DNA of 64,000 bases from positions 2,590,406 through 2,654,405 of the forward strand of contig OZ252093.1 of the NCBI GenBank assembly GCA_965248175.1, in the 5' to 3' direction. This document shows, piece after piece, positions 40,902-50,612 of the stretch. Under the pieces are notes generated by a model. It did not search any database, had not been told where the DNA came from, and saw only the letters and a list, made by a program, of their open reading frames with translations. The stretch is from Rhodothermales bacterium (GTDB lineage: Bacteria > Bacteroidota > Rhodothermia > Rhodothermales > VXPQ01). Both the position numbers and the translations under genes were made by a program. Every line of letters begins with the position of its first letter. Within the stretch, counting starts at the first letter, position 1.

Positions 40902-41032
40902 GGTGAAACAGTACCGTGGGGCATAGTAATCGGATTACCGGGAATAAAACATACAGGAATATACACCTTTTCCCCTGTCTCCCCTTATTGTCCGAATTTC
41001 GTACTTTGGCGATGAGCGAAAAGAATTAAGGT

Positions 41033-41965
41033 ATGCCTTTCAGAGATTTTCTCCAGAGCGAACGGTTTCAATCCTTCCTCACCGGGGGCGCAGCGCAGGA
41101 CGTATGGATTTCCATCTTGCTGGTGCTGGCCGCGGCGATCCTGGCATACGCCCTGCGACGCGTGCTGTCGCGCTATATCGAAGAAGCGGACCGGCGGTAC
41201 CGGGTGTCGAAAATTGCCGGTCGGATGATCGGCCTGTTCACTGCCCTTGCGATCCTCTATGTATGGTCAGCAGGACAGGGGCCGGGGCCGGCCACGATTC
41301 TCACAGTCGTCGGCGCAGGGCTCGCCATTGCCATGCGGGAGGTGCTCCTTTCCTTTGTCGCATGGATCCACATGCTGGTTCGGGCGCCGTACAAGAGCGG
41401 AGACCGCATTGAGGTAAATGACCTGCACGGCGACGTGATCGACATTCGCCCCCTGCACAGCACACTGATGGAAACGGGGGGATGGGTCGACGCCGATCAG
41501 AGCACAGGCCGCATTGTGCATTTTCCGAACAGCTGGTTCTACCAGTATGGAGTGTATAATTACACGCAGGGCTTCCGGTTTGTGTGGAATGAAATCCCCT
41601 TTACCGTCACCTTTCGTTCGGACTGGAATGCGGCCCGGGATATCCTTATGAAACTGGCCTCCGAGACAACCGGGCCTATAGAGCAGCAGGCCCGGGAAGA
41701 ACTCCGGCAGATGTCGCATGAATACCTCATTTACTACAAGGTACTGACTCCGTTTGTGTATGTGCGCGCAACACAGAACGGGATCCGCCTATCCCTCCGA
41801 CACCTTACCGAGGCGCGGGGGCGCCGGAATACCGAACATATGCTCACGATGCGCATCCTGGAAGCATTCCGGGAACATGGAGGCATCGAACTCTCGTACA
41901 TGATGATCGGTTACGAACCCGGTGACAGCGAGCAAAACAGAAGAGTGACAGAGGTGCTTTCGTAA
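41033..41965 (+). CDS. Mechanosensitive ion channel (MscS family)
   Basis: 310 aa with TM helices followed by the MscS beta-domain motif (APYKSGDRIEVNDLHGDVIDIRPLHSTLMETGG). Confidence 0.8.
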   Translation: MPFRDFLQSERFQSFLTGGAAQDVWISILLVLAAAILAYALRRVLSRYIEEADRRYRVSKIAGRMIGLFTALAILYVWSAGQGPGPATILTVVGAGLAIAMREVLLSFVAWIHMLVRAPYKSGDRIEVNDLHGDVIDIRPLHSTLMETGGWVDADQSTGRIVHFPNSWFYQYGVYNYTQGFRFVWNEIPFTVTFRSDWNAARDILMKLASETTGPIEQQAREELRQMSHEYLIYYKVLTPFVYVRATQNGIRLSLRHLTEARGRRNTEHMLTMRILEAFREHGGIELSYMMIGYEPGDSEQNRRVTEVLS

Positions 41966-42023
41966 AAACACAGCTCCTTGCATGTCCTTGCTTTTCACTG
42001 GTTCAGGATATATCTTGGATGAT

Positions 42024-42122
42024 ATGATCGGACAATGTGTACATAGCAGCATCCACGTTCATGCCGGCGGCTGGTGGCGCAGATCGCCGGACAGTGGGAT
42101 CCGCCTTGCGTGTACGTCATAA
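42024..42122 (+). CDS. Candidate trp operon leader peptide (32 codons, tandem Trp codons)
   Basis: Hand-translated as MIGQCVHSSIHVHAGGWWRRSPDSGIRLACTS-stop. The TGG TGG pair is at 42072-42077. The ORF sits between a possible promoter (TTGCTT-17 nt-TATCTT, 41988-42016) and the terminator at 42158-42190. Confidence 0.5.
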   Translation: MIGQCVHSSIHVHAGGWWRRSPDSGIRLACTS

Positions 42123-42157
42123 TTGCCGCCATGCAGTATGCGCGGTCAGGCCGTATC

Positions 42158-42190
42158 CCCACTGTTCAGATAGAACAGTGGGTTTTTTTT
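42158..42190 (+). terminator. Intrinsic terminator (attenuator) immediately upstream of trpE
   Basis: CCCACTGTTC-AGATA-GAACAGTGGG is a perfect 10-bp stem with a 5-nt loop, followed by T8. It ends 21 nt before the trpE ATG. Confidence 0.8.
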
Positions 42191-42211
42191 GTGGTTTTTT
42201 ATTTGCAGACC

Positions 42212-43696
42212 ATGCCGCTTGAAGATTTCATACGCCTTGTTGACGCCCACCGGGACAAGGGCAATCTGGTCGTACCGATCTGCCGGCGCCTCAGCGCCGA
42301 CCTCCTGACGCCCGTCTCAGCTTTCCTCGCATTCCGCGAAGGAAGCCGGTATTGTTTTCTGCTCGAAAGCGTCGAAGGCGGCGAGAAACTGGCGCGCTAC
42401 TCCTTCCTCGGGAAAAACCCGTTCCGCATTGTGCGCGCTTTTGGTCCGCGTACGATCGCCGAAGACGCCGATGGAACCGTTCGCGAACTGAAGGGAAATA
42501 TTTTTGAGGTGATGCAACGGGAAATGGACCGGTATACGGAAGTCCGAACAAGCGGCCTCCCCCAGATCGCAACCGGCGCTGTGGGATACCTGGGCTACGA
42601 TGCCGTACGCCTCGTGGAACGTTTACCCAATGTGCCGCCTGACGACCTGCACATTCCGGACGCCATCTGGTGTTTTTACGATACGCTGGTCGCCTTCGAC
42701 CACGTAAAGCGCCAACTGGTCCTGATCTCCTGCGCATTCGTGGACGAGGGAGACGACCCCGCCGACGCCTATTTCAGAGCCTCCGGGCGCATCGACGCAC
42801 TGGAGGCGGAACTCTCGGAAACAACCCCGTCCAAACCGGAATCCATACGGATTCTGCAGGAGGAAATGGACTCTAATTTCGAGCGGGCAGAGTTCGAAGA
42901 GGCCGTTGAAAAGGTCAAGCGGTATATCTACGAGGGAGATATTTTCCAGGCCGTGCTATCACAGCGTTTCTCCATGCCGTACGAGGGGGATCGCATCAAC
43001 CTGTATCGCGCGCTGCGGCAGGTAAATCCGTCCCCGTATCTGTTCTATCTCGATTTCGACGATTTTTCGCTGATAGGCTCCTCACCCGAAGTACTTGTGC
43101 GTATCGAGGGCGACACGGCGGAGGTGTTACCCATCGCAGGCACACGGCCCCGGGGCGCCACGGAGGAAGACGACCGGCGACTCGAGGCAGAGCTGCTTGC
43201 CGACCCCAAGGAGCGTGCAGAACACCTGATGCTTGTGGACCTTGGCCGGAACGACCTGGGACGGGTCTGCCGGCATGGTTCCGTTAAAGTAGACAGATAC
43301 GCCTACGTGGAACGGTATTCGCATGTCATGCATATCGTGTCATCGGTATCCGGCGAGCTGGATCGCAGAAGAGGGGCAATGGATGTACTCGCGGCCTGCT
43401 TCCCGGCAGGCACCGTAAGCGGAGCGCCTAAAGTACGCGCCATGGAAATCATTGACGAACTCGAACCATCCGCAAGAGGCGCCTATGCCGGCGCAGTCGG
43501 CCATGTGGATTATTCGGGCAACATGGACACCTGCATCGCTATCAGAACCATGCTCGTTCAAAAAGATCGGGTCTACGTACAAGCAGGATGCGGTCTGGTC
43601 GCAGACAGCAAGCCGTCCAGCGAATTTGAGGAAACTGTCAACAAGGCACGCGCTCTGAAAGAAGCGATCCTCCTTGCCTCGGAGGGGTTGCTATGA
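42212..43696 (+). CDS. trpE: Anthranilate synthase component I
   Basis: Start at MPLEDFIRLV... downstream of the terminator. Motifs include LESVEGGEKLARYSF and the chorismate-binding C-terminus (GAYAGAVGHVDYSGNMDTCIAIRT). Confidence 0.93.
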   Translation: MPLEDFIRLVDAHRDKGNLVVPICRRLSADLLTPVSAFLAFREGSRYCFLLESVEGGEKLARYSFLGKNPFRIVRAFGPRTIAEDADGTVRELKGNIFEVMQREMDRYTEVRTSGLPQIATGAVGYLGYDAVRLVERLPNVPPDDLHIPDAIWCFYDTLVAFDHVKRQLVLISCAFVDEGDDPADAYFRASGRIDALEAELSETTPSKPESIRILQEEMDSNFERAEFEEAVEKVKRYIYEGDIFQAVLSQRFSMPYEGDRINLYRALRQVNPSPYLFYLDFDDFSLIGSSPEVLVRIEGDTAEVLPIAGTRPRGATEEDDRRLEAELLADPKERAEHLMLVDLGRNDLGRVCRHGSVKVDRYAYVERYSHVMHIVSSVSGELDRRRGAMDVLAACFPAGTVSGAPKVRAMEIIDELEPSARGAYAGAVGHVDYSGNMDTCIAIRTMLVQKDRVYVQAGCGLVADSKPSSEFEETVNKARALKEAILLASEGLL

Positions 43697-43742
43697 CCGC
43701 CGTGCATCGTATATCTGTATCACTGGCTATTTGCCTTGTATC

Positions 43743-44207
43743 ATGGGAATTAAAAACCTTTTTCTGAACAAGGGGTGGGCGGGGAAAACCCTCTCGCGCG
43801 AAGAAACCGCCGCACGGCTAAACCCCGTTATTCGTTCTCATTGCGCACTGAATCATTCGCATGAATATGCAGTGCGTTCCCTCGAAGACCGGGACGCTGC
43901 CGGAAAACTGTCCACGCTTCAAAGGACGGCCCGCATGGATGTAGGGAAACTGAGTGAAGTGGTGCTCAGTGCGGGAGGCGTGCCGTTCAACGGCACCGAG
44001 ATGGAACCAGAGGATTTTGACCTCGGAAAATGCGACAGCGACATCGTGACAGCGCTCAGAAATCTGGAGAGCGACTTCGAGAAGTTGCTCCATGCTGAAC
44101 TTGGCATGGAACACCAGATGCTCACGCGGGCCATCCTCGACGTTGTCCTGAAAAACACCCATGTGCGGCTGGAGTACGTGCGAAAACTGGTCTTGCAGAA
44201 CCGCTGA
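43743..44207 (+). CDS. Hypothetical protein (154 aa) inside the trp operon; predicted helical, no family confidently recognised
   Basis: The ORF has backbone-like composition and lies between trpE and trpS on the same strand, with 46-nt and 34-nt gaps. Weak resemblance to ferritin-like/four-helix-bundle proteins is only an impression. Confidence 0.55.
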   Translation: MGIKNLFLNKGWAGKTLSREETAARLNPVIRSHCALNHSHEYAVRSLEDRDAAGKLSTLQRTARMDVGKLSEVVLSAGGVPFNGTEMEPEDFDLGKCDSDIVTALRNLESDFEKLLHAELGMEHQMLTRAILDVVLKNTHVRLEYVRKLVLQNR

Positions 44208-44241
44208 TCTCTCCAGCCAACCTTTCGTACCTGTTGCACCC

Positions 44242-45294
44242 ATGTCTTCCGAACGCATCGACTCATCCATGCCCTCCCCCGTTCTCCGCAAAGGCAGCGA
44301 AGTGATCGTTTCCGGTATTCAACCGTCGGGTGCATTGCATCTCGGGAATTATTTCGGGGCGCTCCGACAACACATCCAGCTTCATAAAACGCATGAGGCG
44401 TACTACTTTATCGTCAACTACCACACCCTGACGACGCTCCAGGACCGGGACAAACTGAGGTGCTATACACTGGATGTAGCGCTCGACTACCTTGCCCTCG
44501 GATTCGACCCCCAGGCCGCATGCCTCTTCATGCAGAGTGACGTGCCGGAAGTCACCGAGCTGGCATGGATTTTTAACAACCTTGCCACGGTATCTCAACT
44601 GGAGAAAGGGGTGGCCTACAAGGACAAGGTTGCACAGGGCATAACCGCAAATGCGGGTCTGTTTACCTATCCCGTACTGCAGGCAGCGGATATTCTGATC
44701 TACGGAGGTACGCTGGTGCCGGTGGGCGCGGATCAGAAACAGCATATCGAAATGACGCGGGTCCTGGCGGAGCGGTTTAACCGTACGTATTGCCCGGAGG
44801 ACGATCCGGTCTTTCCCGTACCCGAACCCTACATCCTTTCCGACGTGGCGGTCGTACCCGGACTGGACGGCCGGAAAATGTCCAAGAGTTACGAAAATGC
44901 GATCGGCATCTTCGAAGAAGGAAAAGCCCTGAAGAAAAAAGTGATGAGCATCGTGACCGATTCGACGCCGCTCGAAGCGCCGAAAGATCCGGAGCACGAC
45001 AATGTGTTTACACTCATCCGGCTGTTCGCCGACAACGAAACGCGGGAACGTATTGCAGAGGCTTACCGTGCAGGAGGATTTGGATACGGGCACGCGAAAA
45101 AGGAATTGCTCACCCTCATCGACGAGCATTTTGCGGAAGCGCGCATCCGACGCAAGGAACTGGCCCGGCGTCCGGACGATGTGTTCGACATATTGCGCGA
45201 AGGGGGCCGCAAGGCCCGGGAACGGGCCGGTGAATACATGGAACGCGTACGAGAGCGCGTTGGGCTGATCACTACCTATAAGGCAGCGCCATGA
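44242..45294 (+). CDS. trpS: Tryptophan-tRNA ligase
   Basis: Class I motifs: SGIQPSGALHLGNYFGAL (HIGH-type) and GRKMSKS (KMSKS). 350 aa. The stop overlaps the trpG ATG. Confidence 0.92.
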   Translation: MSSERIDSSMPSPVLRKGSEVIVSGIQPSGALHLGNYFGALRQHIQLHKTHEAYYFIVNYHTLTTLQDRDKLRCYTLDVALDYLALGFDPQAACLFMQSDVPEVTELAWIFNNLATVSQLEKGVAYKDKVAQGITANAGLFTYPVLQAADILIYGGTLVPVGADQKQHIEMTRVLAERFNRTYCPEDDPVFPVPEPYILSDVAVVPGLDGRKMSKSYENAIGIFEEGKALKKKVMSIVTDSTPLEAPKDPEHDNVFTLIRLFADNETRERIAEAYRAGGFGYGHAKKELLTLIDEHFAEARIRRKELARRPDDVFDILREGGRKARERAGEYMERVRERVGLITTYKAAP

Positions 45295-45905
45295 TTCTCG
45301 TCATCGACAACTATGATTCGTTCACGTACAACCTCGTACACCTTGTGGGACGCCGCACGAGCGACCTCGAGGTAGTGCGAAACGATGTGCTCGATGTGGA
45401 CGCCGTGCGTGATCGGGCGCCGAGGGGTATCCTCATTTCGCCGGGGCCGGGCCGCCCTGCCGATGCCGGCGTGACGGAGGCGATCGTGAGCGCCCTGGGG
45501 TCCTCCGTGCCAATCCTCGGTGTATGCCTCGGACACCAGGCGATCGGCGAGGTATACGGTGGACGGATCGGCTATGCCCCCACGCTGATGCATGGAAAAA
45601 CGAGCGGAATAGAACACGATGGACGAGGCGTGTTCCGGAACGTCAGCAATCCGTTCACGGCCACGCGGTATCATTCTCTCGTGGTGGACCGGGCCAGCGT
45701 ACCTGCCTGTCTGGATATATCGGCGGAAACGAAAGACGGCGTCGTCATGGGCCTGCGGCACCGGGAGTATCCGGTTGAAGGTATCCAGTTTCACCCGGAA
45801 AGCGTACTGACGGACGAAGGGCCTCGGATCCTCGACAATTGGCTGGAAGAGGTGCTGGGCAGCACAGTGGATAGTGCAACGGGGAACCCGGCAGCGATTT
45901 CCTGA
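45291..45905 (+). CDS. trpG: Anthranilate synthase component II (glutamine amidotransferase)
   Basis: MILVIDNYDSFTYNLVH...ISPGPGRP...PILGVCLGHQAIG...GIQFHPES. Confidence 0.93.
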   Translation: MILVIDNYDSFTYNLVHLVGRRTSDLEVVRNDVLDVDAVRDRAPRGILISPGPGRPADAGVTEAIVSALGSSVPILGVCLGHQAIGEVYGGRIGYAPTLMHGKTSGIEHDGRGVFRNVSNPFTATRYHSLVVDRASVPACLDISAETKDGVVMGLRHREYPVEGIQFHPESVLTDEGPRILDNWLEEVLGSTVDSATGNPAAIS

Positions 45906-45932
45906 CCCGATCCACGCTTTTCCACCCGTATC

Positions 45933-46964
45933 ATGCAAAAATACCTGAACATCCTCGCCGGCGGAGGTACGCTGCAAAGCGAAGAGGCCGAGAACGCAAT
46001 GCGCCTGTTAATGGAAGGCGCATCGGAACCCGAATGCACGGCGGCCTTTCTGCTGGGTCTGAGGACGCGTGGTGAATCGCTGGACGAACTGGTCGCTTTC
46101 ACGAAGATCATGCGCGAATACGCCGTCCCGGTAGAAACCGGTGATCCGGACGCCATTGACCTGTGCGGAACGGGTGGAGACGGCACGGACACGTTCAATA
46201 TCTCTACCGTCGCTGCTATCGTGTGTGCAGGCGCCGGGGTTACCGTAGCCAAGCATGGAAACCGATCCGTTTCGTCGAAATGCGGCTCGGCGGATGTGCT
46301 GGAAGCGCTCGGTGTAAAAACGGCGCTGGGCAAGGAAGGCGTCGAATACTGTTTTGAGAAGGCGGGCATGGCGTTCCTGTTCGCTCCGTTCTTCCACCCC
46401 GCAATGAAACATGTAATGCCGGTGCGCAGGAAACTGGGAGTACGCACCTTCTTCAATATTCTGGGCCCTTTGTGCAACCCTGCCGGGGTACGCCGCCAGT
46501 TGACCGGCGCTTTCGATGAGCAAACAGCGAAGGTCATGGCAGCCATTCTTGAGCGTCTCGGCGCCCGGTACGTCCTCGCTGTGCACGCGCGGGACGGACT
46601 GGACGAGGTATCGCTGGCGGATGAAACGGTGGTATTCGAAGTGCATGGGGAGACCCCTCCAACCGGTCCTGTGGAGTGCCTCCTGCGTCCCGAAGACCTT
46701 GGCTTCACTCGCTGCACCCGGAATGCGCTTGCAGGCGGTGACAGCGACGAGAATGCATGCATCGTACGGGCGATCCTTGCAGGCGAGTCGGGGCCGCGCC
46801 GCGACGTAGTCGTGCTCAATGCAGCCCATGCCCTGTCGGTTTCAGGAAAATTCGAGGACCTTGCCGCCTGTCGCAGCGCCGCTGAAGAAAGCATTGATTC
46901 GGGGATGGCGCAAGACACGCTCGAACGACTGGCCCATGCTTCGCACAATGCACCTGCCCCATGA
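45933..46964 (+). CDS. trpD: Anthranilate phosphoribosyltransferase
   Basis: DLCGTGGDGTDTFNISTVAAIVCAGAGVTVAKHGNRSVSSKCGSADVLEALG. Confidence 0.95.
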   Translation: MQKYLNILAGGGTLQSEEAENAMRLLMEGASEPECTAAFLLGLRTRGESLDELVAFTKIMREYAVPVETGDPDAIDLCGTGGDGTDTFNISTVAAIVCAGAGVTVAKHGNRSVSSKCGSADVLEALGVKTALGKEGVEYCFEKAGMAFLFAPFFHPAMKHVMPVRRKLGVRTFFNILGPLCNPAGVRRQLTGAFDEQTAKVMAAILERLGARYVLAVHARDGLDEVSLADETVVFEVHGETPPTGPVECLLRPEDLGFTRCTRNALAGGDSDENACIVRAILAGESGPRRDVVVLNAAHALSVSGKFEDLAACRSAAEESIDSGMAQDTLERLAHASHNAPAP

Positions 46965-47755
46965 CTATTCTCGACCGCATCGTAGCGGACACGCAAGAAG
47001 TCGTGGCCACGCGGAAAGCCGCAGCGCCGCCGGGGCAGCTTGAAGACATGGTGGGATTCGACCGGGACCGGCGTTCCCTGGAAGACGCCTTGCGGAAGAA
47101 CGGACCTTCGATTATTGCCGAGGTCAAAAAAGCCTCCCCATCAGGCGGTGTCATCCGGGACAACTTCCGACCGGTCGAGATTGCCCGGCAATACGAGGCC
47201 GGCGGCGCCATCGCCGTTTCCGTCCTGACCGAGCCCCATCATTTTCAGGGTTCACTCGACGATCTTGCTGTTGTCCGCCAAGCCATTTCTATTCCTCTAT
47301 TAAGAAAAGACTTTATTATCGACACCTATCAACTCGTCGAAGCGAGGGCCTACGGTGCAGATGCAGTACTGCTGATCGCTGCCGTACTTCACAAGACGCA
47401 TCTGCGGGACCTGTTGCAGGCAGCACACGAATTGGATCTCGATGCGCTGGTGGAGGTGTACGAACCGAGAGAACTGGACCGCCTCGATTTTGACGAGACA
47501 CGCATCGTGGGCGTGAATAACCGTGACCTGCGCACCTTCGAAGTGGACATCGAACATTCCATCCGGGTATTTGCGGAGGCCCCGGAAAATGTTGTGCGCG
47601 TGTCGGAAAGCGGCCTTACGTCGGGGGCGGAACTGCGATTTTTGCACGAACGCGGAATCGATGCCTTTCTGATCGGCGAGACCTTCATGCGGTCCGAACG
47701 ACCCGGGGATGCATTGGCAAGACTCAAGAGCGAAGCGGAAGGAATTAAAGCATGA
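46961..47755 (+). CDS. trpC: Indole-3-glycerol phosphate synthase
   Basis: IIAEVKKASPSGGVIR...LRKDFIIDTYQLVEARAYGADAVLLI; the start overlaps the trpD stop. Confidence 0.95.
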   Translation: MTILDRIVADTQEVVATRKAAAPPGQLEDMVGFDRDRRSLEDALRKNGPSIIAEVKKASPSGGVIRDNFRPVEIARQYEAGGAIAVSVLTEPHHFQGSLDDLAVVRQAISIPLLRKDFIIDTYQLVEARAYGADAVLLIAAVLHKTHLRDLLQAAHELDLDALVEVYEPRELDRLDFDETRIVGVNNRDLRTFEVDIEHSIRVFAEAPENVVRVSESGLTSGAELRFLHERGIDAFLIGETFMRSERPGDALARLKSEAEGIKA

Positions 47756-48438
47756 CGACCAAACTCAAAATATGCGGGATAACCCGGCTGGAGGACGCCC
47801 GGTATGCTGCTGCCGCAGGGGCCGATTACCTTGGATTCGTACAGTATGCCGGCAGCCCCCGCTATATCGCGCCGGAGCGCGTGCGAGACATTGTTGAATG
47901 GATACATGGACCGCAGCCGGTCGGCGTGTTCGTGAATGCCTCTGCCGATGTGATCAACCGGACCGCCGAAAAGGCGGGATTCGCTTTTGTGCAGCTCCAT
48001 GGCGAGGAACCTGTTTCCGATATCCTGGACATCGAATACCCGGTCATCAAGGCGTTCCGCATCGCTCCGGACACGACCCCCGACAGGTTATACCGCCTGA
48101 TGCGGACCTATGAGAACGTGGCCGCGCATTTCCTGCTGGATGCGTACAGCGACAGGGTGTACGGCGGCAGCGGCCAGACTTTCGACTGGCATGTAGCGAG
48201 CCCCCCCGCGGAAGACTTTCGTGAGCAGGGCGAACAGTCTGCTCATTCCGGAAGCCCCGGCGTCTTTCTTGCGGGAGGCATCCATGCCGGTAATGTGACC
48301 GAGGCTATCCGTACACTGCGTCCGTTTGCCGTGGATGTGTCGAGTGGTCTCGAATCGGCCCCTGGGGAAAAGGATTTCTCCAGAATTGACGCCTTTATGC
48401 AGGTATTCCGGTCGGTACATTCCGAACTCGAGACCTGA
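47752..48438 (+). CDS. trpF: Phosphoribosylanthranilate isomerase
   Basis: [27 protein letters not shown]...VQLHGEE...[11 protein letters not shown]; the start overlaps the trpC stop. Confidence 0.9.
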   Translation: MTTKLKICGITRLEDARYAAAAGADYLGFVQYAGSPRYIAPERVRDIVEWIHGPQPVGVFVNASADVINRTAEKAGFAFVQLHGEEPVSDILDIEYPVIKAFRIAPDTTPDRLYRLMRTYENVAAHFLLDAYSDRVYGGSGQTFDWHVASPPAEDFREQGEQSAHSGSPGVFLAGGIHAGNVTEAIRTLRPFAVDVSSGLESAPGEKDFSRIDAFMQVFRSVHSELET

Positions 48439-48500
48439 TTACCCATGGTGTTGCGCGGCGGCGTGCAGCGCCATACGGCACAAACAGAACCGTACTCATT

Positions 48501-49691
48501 ATGGAAAAAACGCATCCCCTTCCCGACGAACGCGGGCATTTCGGGTTGTACGGCGGCGTGTTTGTCCCCGAAACGCTTATCCCTGCCGTCGAGGAGCTCC
48601 GGAAAGCCTATGAAGCCGCTCGCAAGGACCCGGCTTTCCGGCAAGAACTCGACACGATGCTCACCGACTATGCCGGGCGTCCCACGCCGTTGACCTTTTG
48701 CGAACGGCTCACCGCAGCGCTCGGCGGACCAAAAATTTATCTCAAACGGGAAGATCTGTGCCACACGGGAGCACACAAGATCAACAACACGATAGGGCAG
48801 ATATTGCTGGCGCGCCTTATGGGCAAGACGCGCATCATTGCAGAGACGGGGGCGGGACAGCATGGCGTGGCGACCGCCACCGTTTGTGCACGATTCGGCC
48901 TGCAATGCATCGTTTACATGGGCGAAGAAGATGTCGAGCGACAGCACCTGAATGTGCTGCGCATGCAGTTGCTCGGCGCCGATGTACGCCCCGTATCCAG
49001 TGGTAGCCGTACCCTGAAGGACGCCACCAACGAGGCCATTCGAGATTGGGTCACCAACGTACGTGACACGTTCTATATCATCGGTTCGGTCGTAGGTCCG
49101 CATCCCTATCCGATGATGGTGCGTGATTTTCACCGGGTCATCGGGGACGAAACCCGCTGGCAATTACAGGAGGTGGAGGGGCGCCCTGCACCGGATGCGG
49201 TGGTAGCCTGCGTGGGCGGCGGCTCGAATGCGATCGGGCTTTTTTATGCCTTCCTGCGGGATCCGCACGTGCATCTATATGGCGTGGAGGCTGCCGGCGA
49301 AGGACTGAACGGACGACATGCGGCCACCCTTACGAAAGGCTCGCCAGGCATCCTGCATGGAGCCATGAGCTATTTGCTGCAGGACGAAGAGGGGCAGGTG
49401 CAACTCGCGCATTCCATCTCGGCGGGACTGGACTACCCGGGGGTAGGACCGGAACATGCCTGGCTGCGGGATACGGGACGCGTGCATTACGCATCCGCAA
49501 CGGATGCCCAGGCCATCGAGGGGGTAAAACTGCTGTCGAAAACGGAAGGCATCATTCCAGCCCTGGAGACCGCACATGCGATAGGCTGGCTGCCGGATGG
49601 GATACGCGGAATGGCGCGCAATGAAGTAGTCGTTGTCAATTGCTCCGGGCGCGGCGACAAGGATATGGGTACGATCGCAAAGCACCTCTGA
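48501..49691 (+). CDS. trpB: Tryptophan synthase beta chain
   Basis: [15 protein letters not shown]...[16 protein letters not shown]...[12 protein letters not shown]. Confidence 0.97.
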   Translation: MEKTHPLPDERGHFGLYGGVFVPETLIPAVEELRKAYEAARKDPAFRQELDTMLTDYAGRPTPLTFCERLTAALGGPKIYLKREDLCHTGAHKINNTIGQILLARLMGKTRIIAETGAGQHGVATATVCARFGLQCIVYMGEEDVERQHLNVLRMQLLGADVRPVSSGSRTLKDATNEAIRDWVTNVRDTFYIIGSVVGPHPYPMMVRDFHRVIGDETRWQLQEVEGRPAPDAVVACVGGGSNAIGLFYAFLRDPHVHLYGVEAAGEGLNGRHAATLTKGSPGILHGAMSYLLQDEEGQVQLAHSISAGLDYPGVGPEHAWLRDTGRVHYASATDAQAIEGVKLLSKTEGIIPALETAHAIGWLPDGIRGMARNEVVVVNCSGRGDKDMGTIAKHL

Positions 49692-49696
49692 AAACA

Positions 49697-50530
49697 ATGC
49701 AACGACTTCAGGAAAGGCTGGCAGCCTGTATACAGCGTCGCAAAAAAGCCATGGGGTTGTTTATGACCAGTGGCTTTCCCGACCCCGAAAGTACGCTCCC
49801 GATCCTGCGCGAGATGGATCGGGGGGGCGCCGATTTCATCGAACTCGGCATGCCCTTCAGCGATCCGCTTGCAGAGGGGTTGCCTATCCAGCGCTCGAGC
49901 GAGCGAGCCCTGCGAGCCGGCGTCCGCATGAAGGATACTTTCAGGACAGCCGCCGCCTTCTGTGCTGAAAGCAACACCCCCCTCCTCCTGATGGGATACG
50001 CCAACCCGATTCACCAATACGGCATTTCCGCATTTTGCAGAGACGCGCGTAACGCCGGAATCGAGGGGTTGATTCTCGCTGACGTACCCCTTGAAGAACA
50101 TCTCCCCTTCGCAGGCGAGGCTGCAGCCGCCGGGCTGGGGTCGGTTCACCTGATTGCCCCGAATACCCCTGACAACCGCATTCGGGAGGTCGATAAGGCC
50201 ACGACGGCGTTTGTGTATGCAGTATCCGTAACAGGATTGACCGGCTCGGGCCTCGGCGCCATCGAACACGTGGAAGCGTACCTGAAGCGGGCGCGTGACA
50301 TGGTGCGTGAACACCCCCTGCTGGCCGGATTCGGCATCAGAACCCATGAGGACGCGGTACGCCTGAGCCGTCATACCGACGGGTTCATTGTCGGGTCGGC
50401 ACTGATCGAAAAGGTGGAAACGCTGTGGAATGACGGGTCGAAGCCCACAAAAACACATTATGAAGAAATTCGCCGCTTCGCACGTGCTCTGAAGGACGGC
50501 GACAAGACTGTAGAGCAAGAGAAAGCATAG
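49697..50530 (+). CDS. trpA: Tryptophan synthase alpha chain
   Basis: Start at MQRLQERL... Motifs include [22 protein letters not shown] and GFGIRTHED. Confidence 0.93.
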   Translation: MQRLQERLAACIQRRKKAMGLFMTSGFPDPESTLPILREMDRGGADFIELGMPFSDPLAEGLPIQRSSERALRAGVRMKDTFRTAAAFCAESNTPLLLMGYANPIHQYGISAFCRDARNAGIEGLILADVPLEEHLPFAGEAAAAGLGSVHLIAPNTPDNRIREVDKATTAFVYAVSVTGLTGSGLGAIEHVEAYLKRARDMVREHPLLAGFGIRTHEDAVRLSRHTDGFIVGSALIEKVETLWNDGSKPTKTHYEEIRRFARALKDGDKTVEQEKA

Positions 50531-50612
50531 CGTTTCGCACGGCAACCGGAACCGATCACAGACGTTATTACTTGGGTCTTTTTCTTTTTCGGACCATCTT
50601 CCTGAACAGGTC

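Noticed and set aside
42037-42222. 61-aa ORF, and the 46-codon N-terminal extension of trpE starting at 42074
   Set aside because: Both read through the strong intrinsic terminator at 42158-42190. The conserved TrpE sequence begins at the ATG at 42212.
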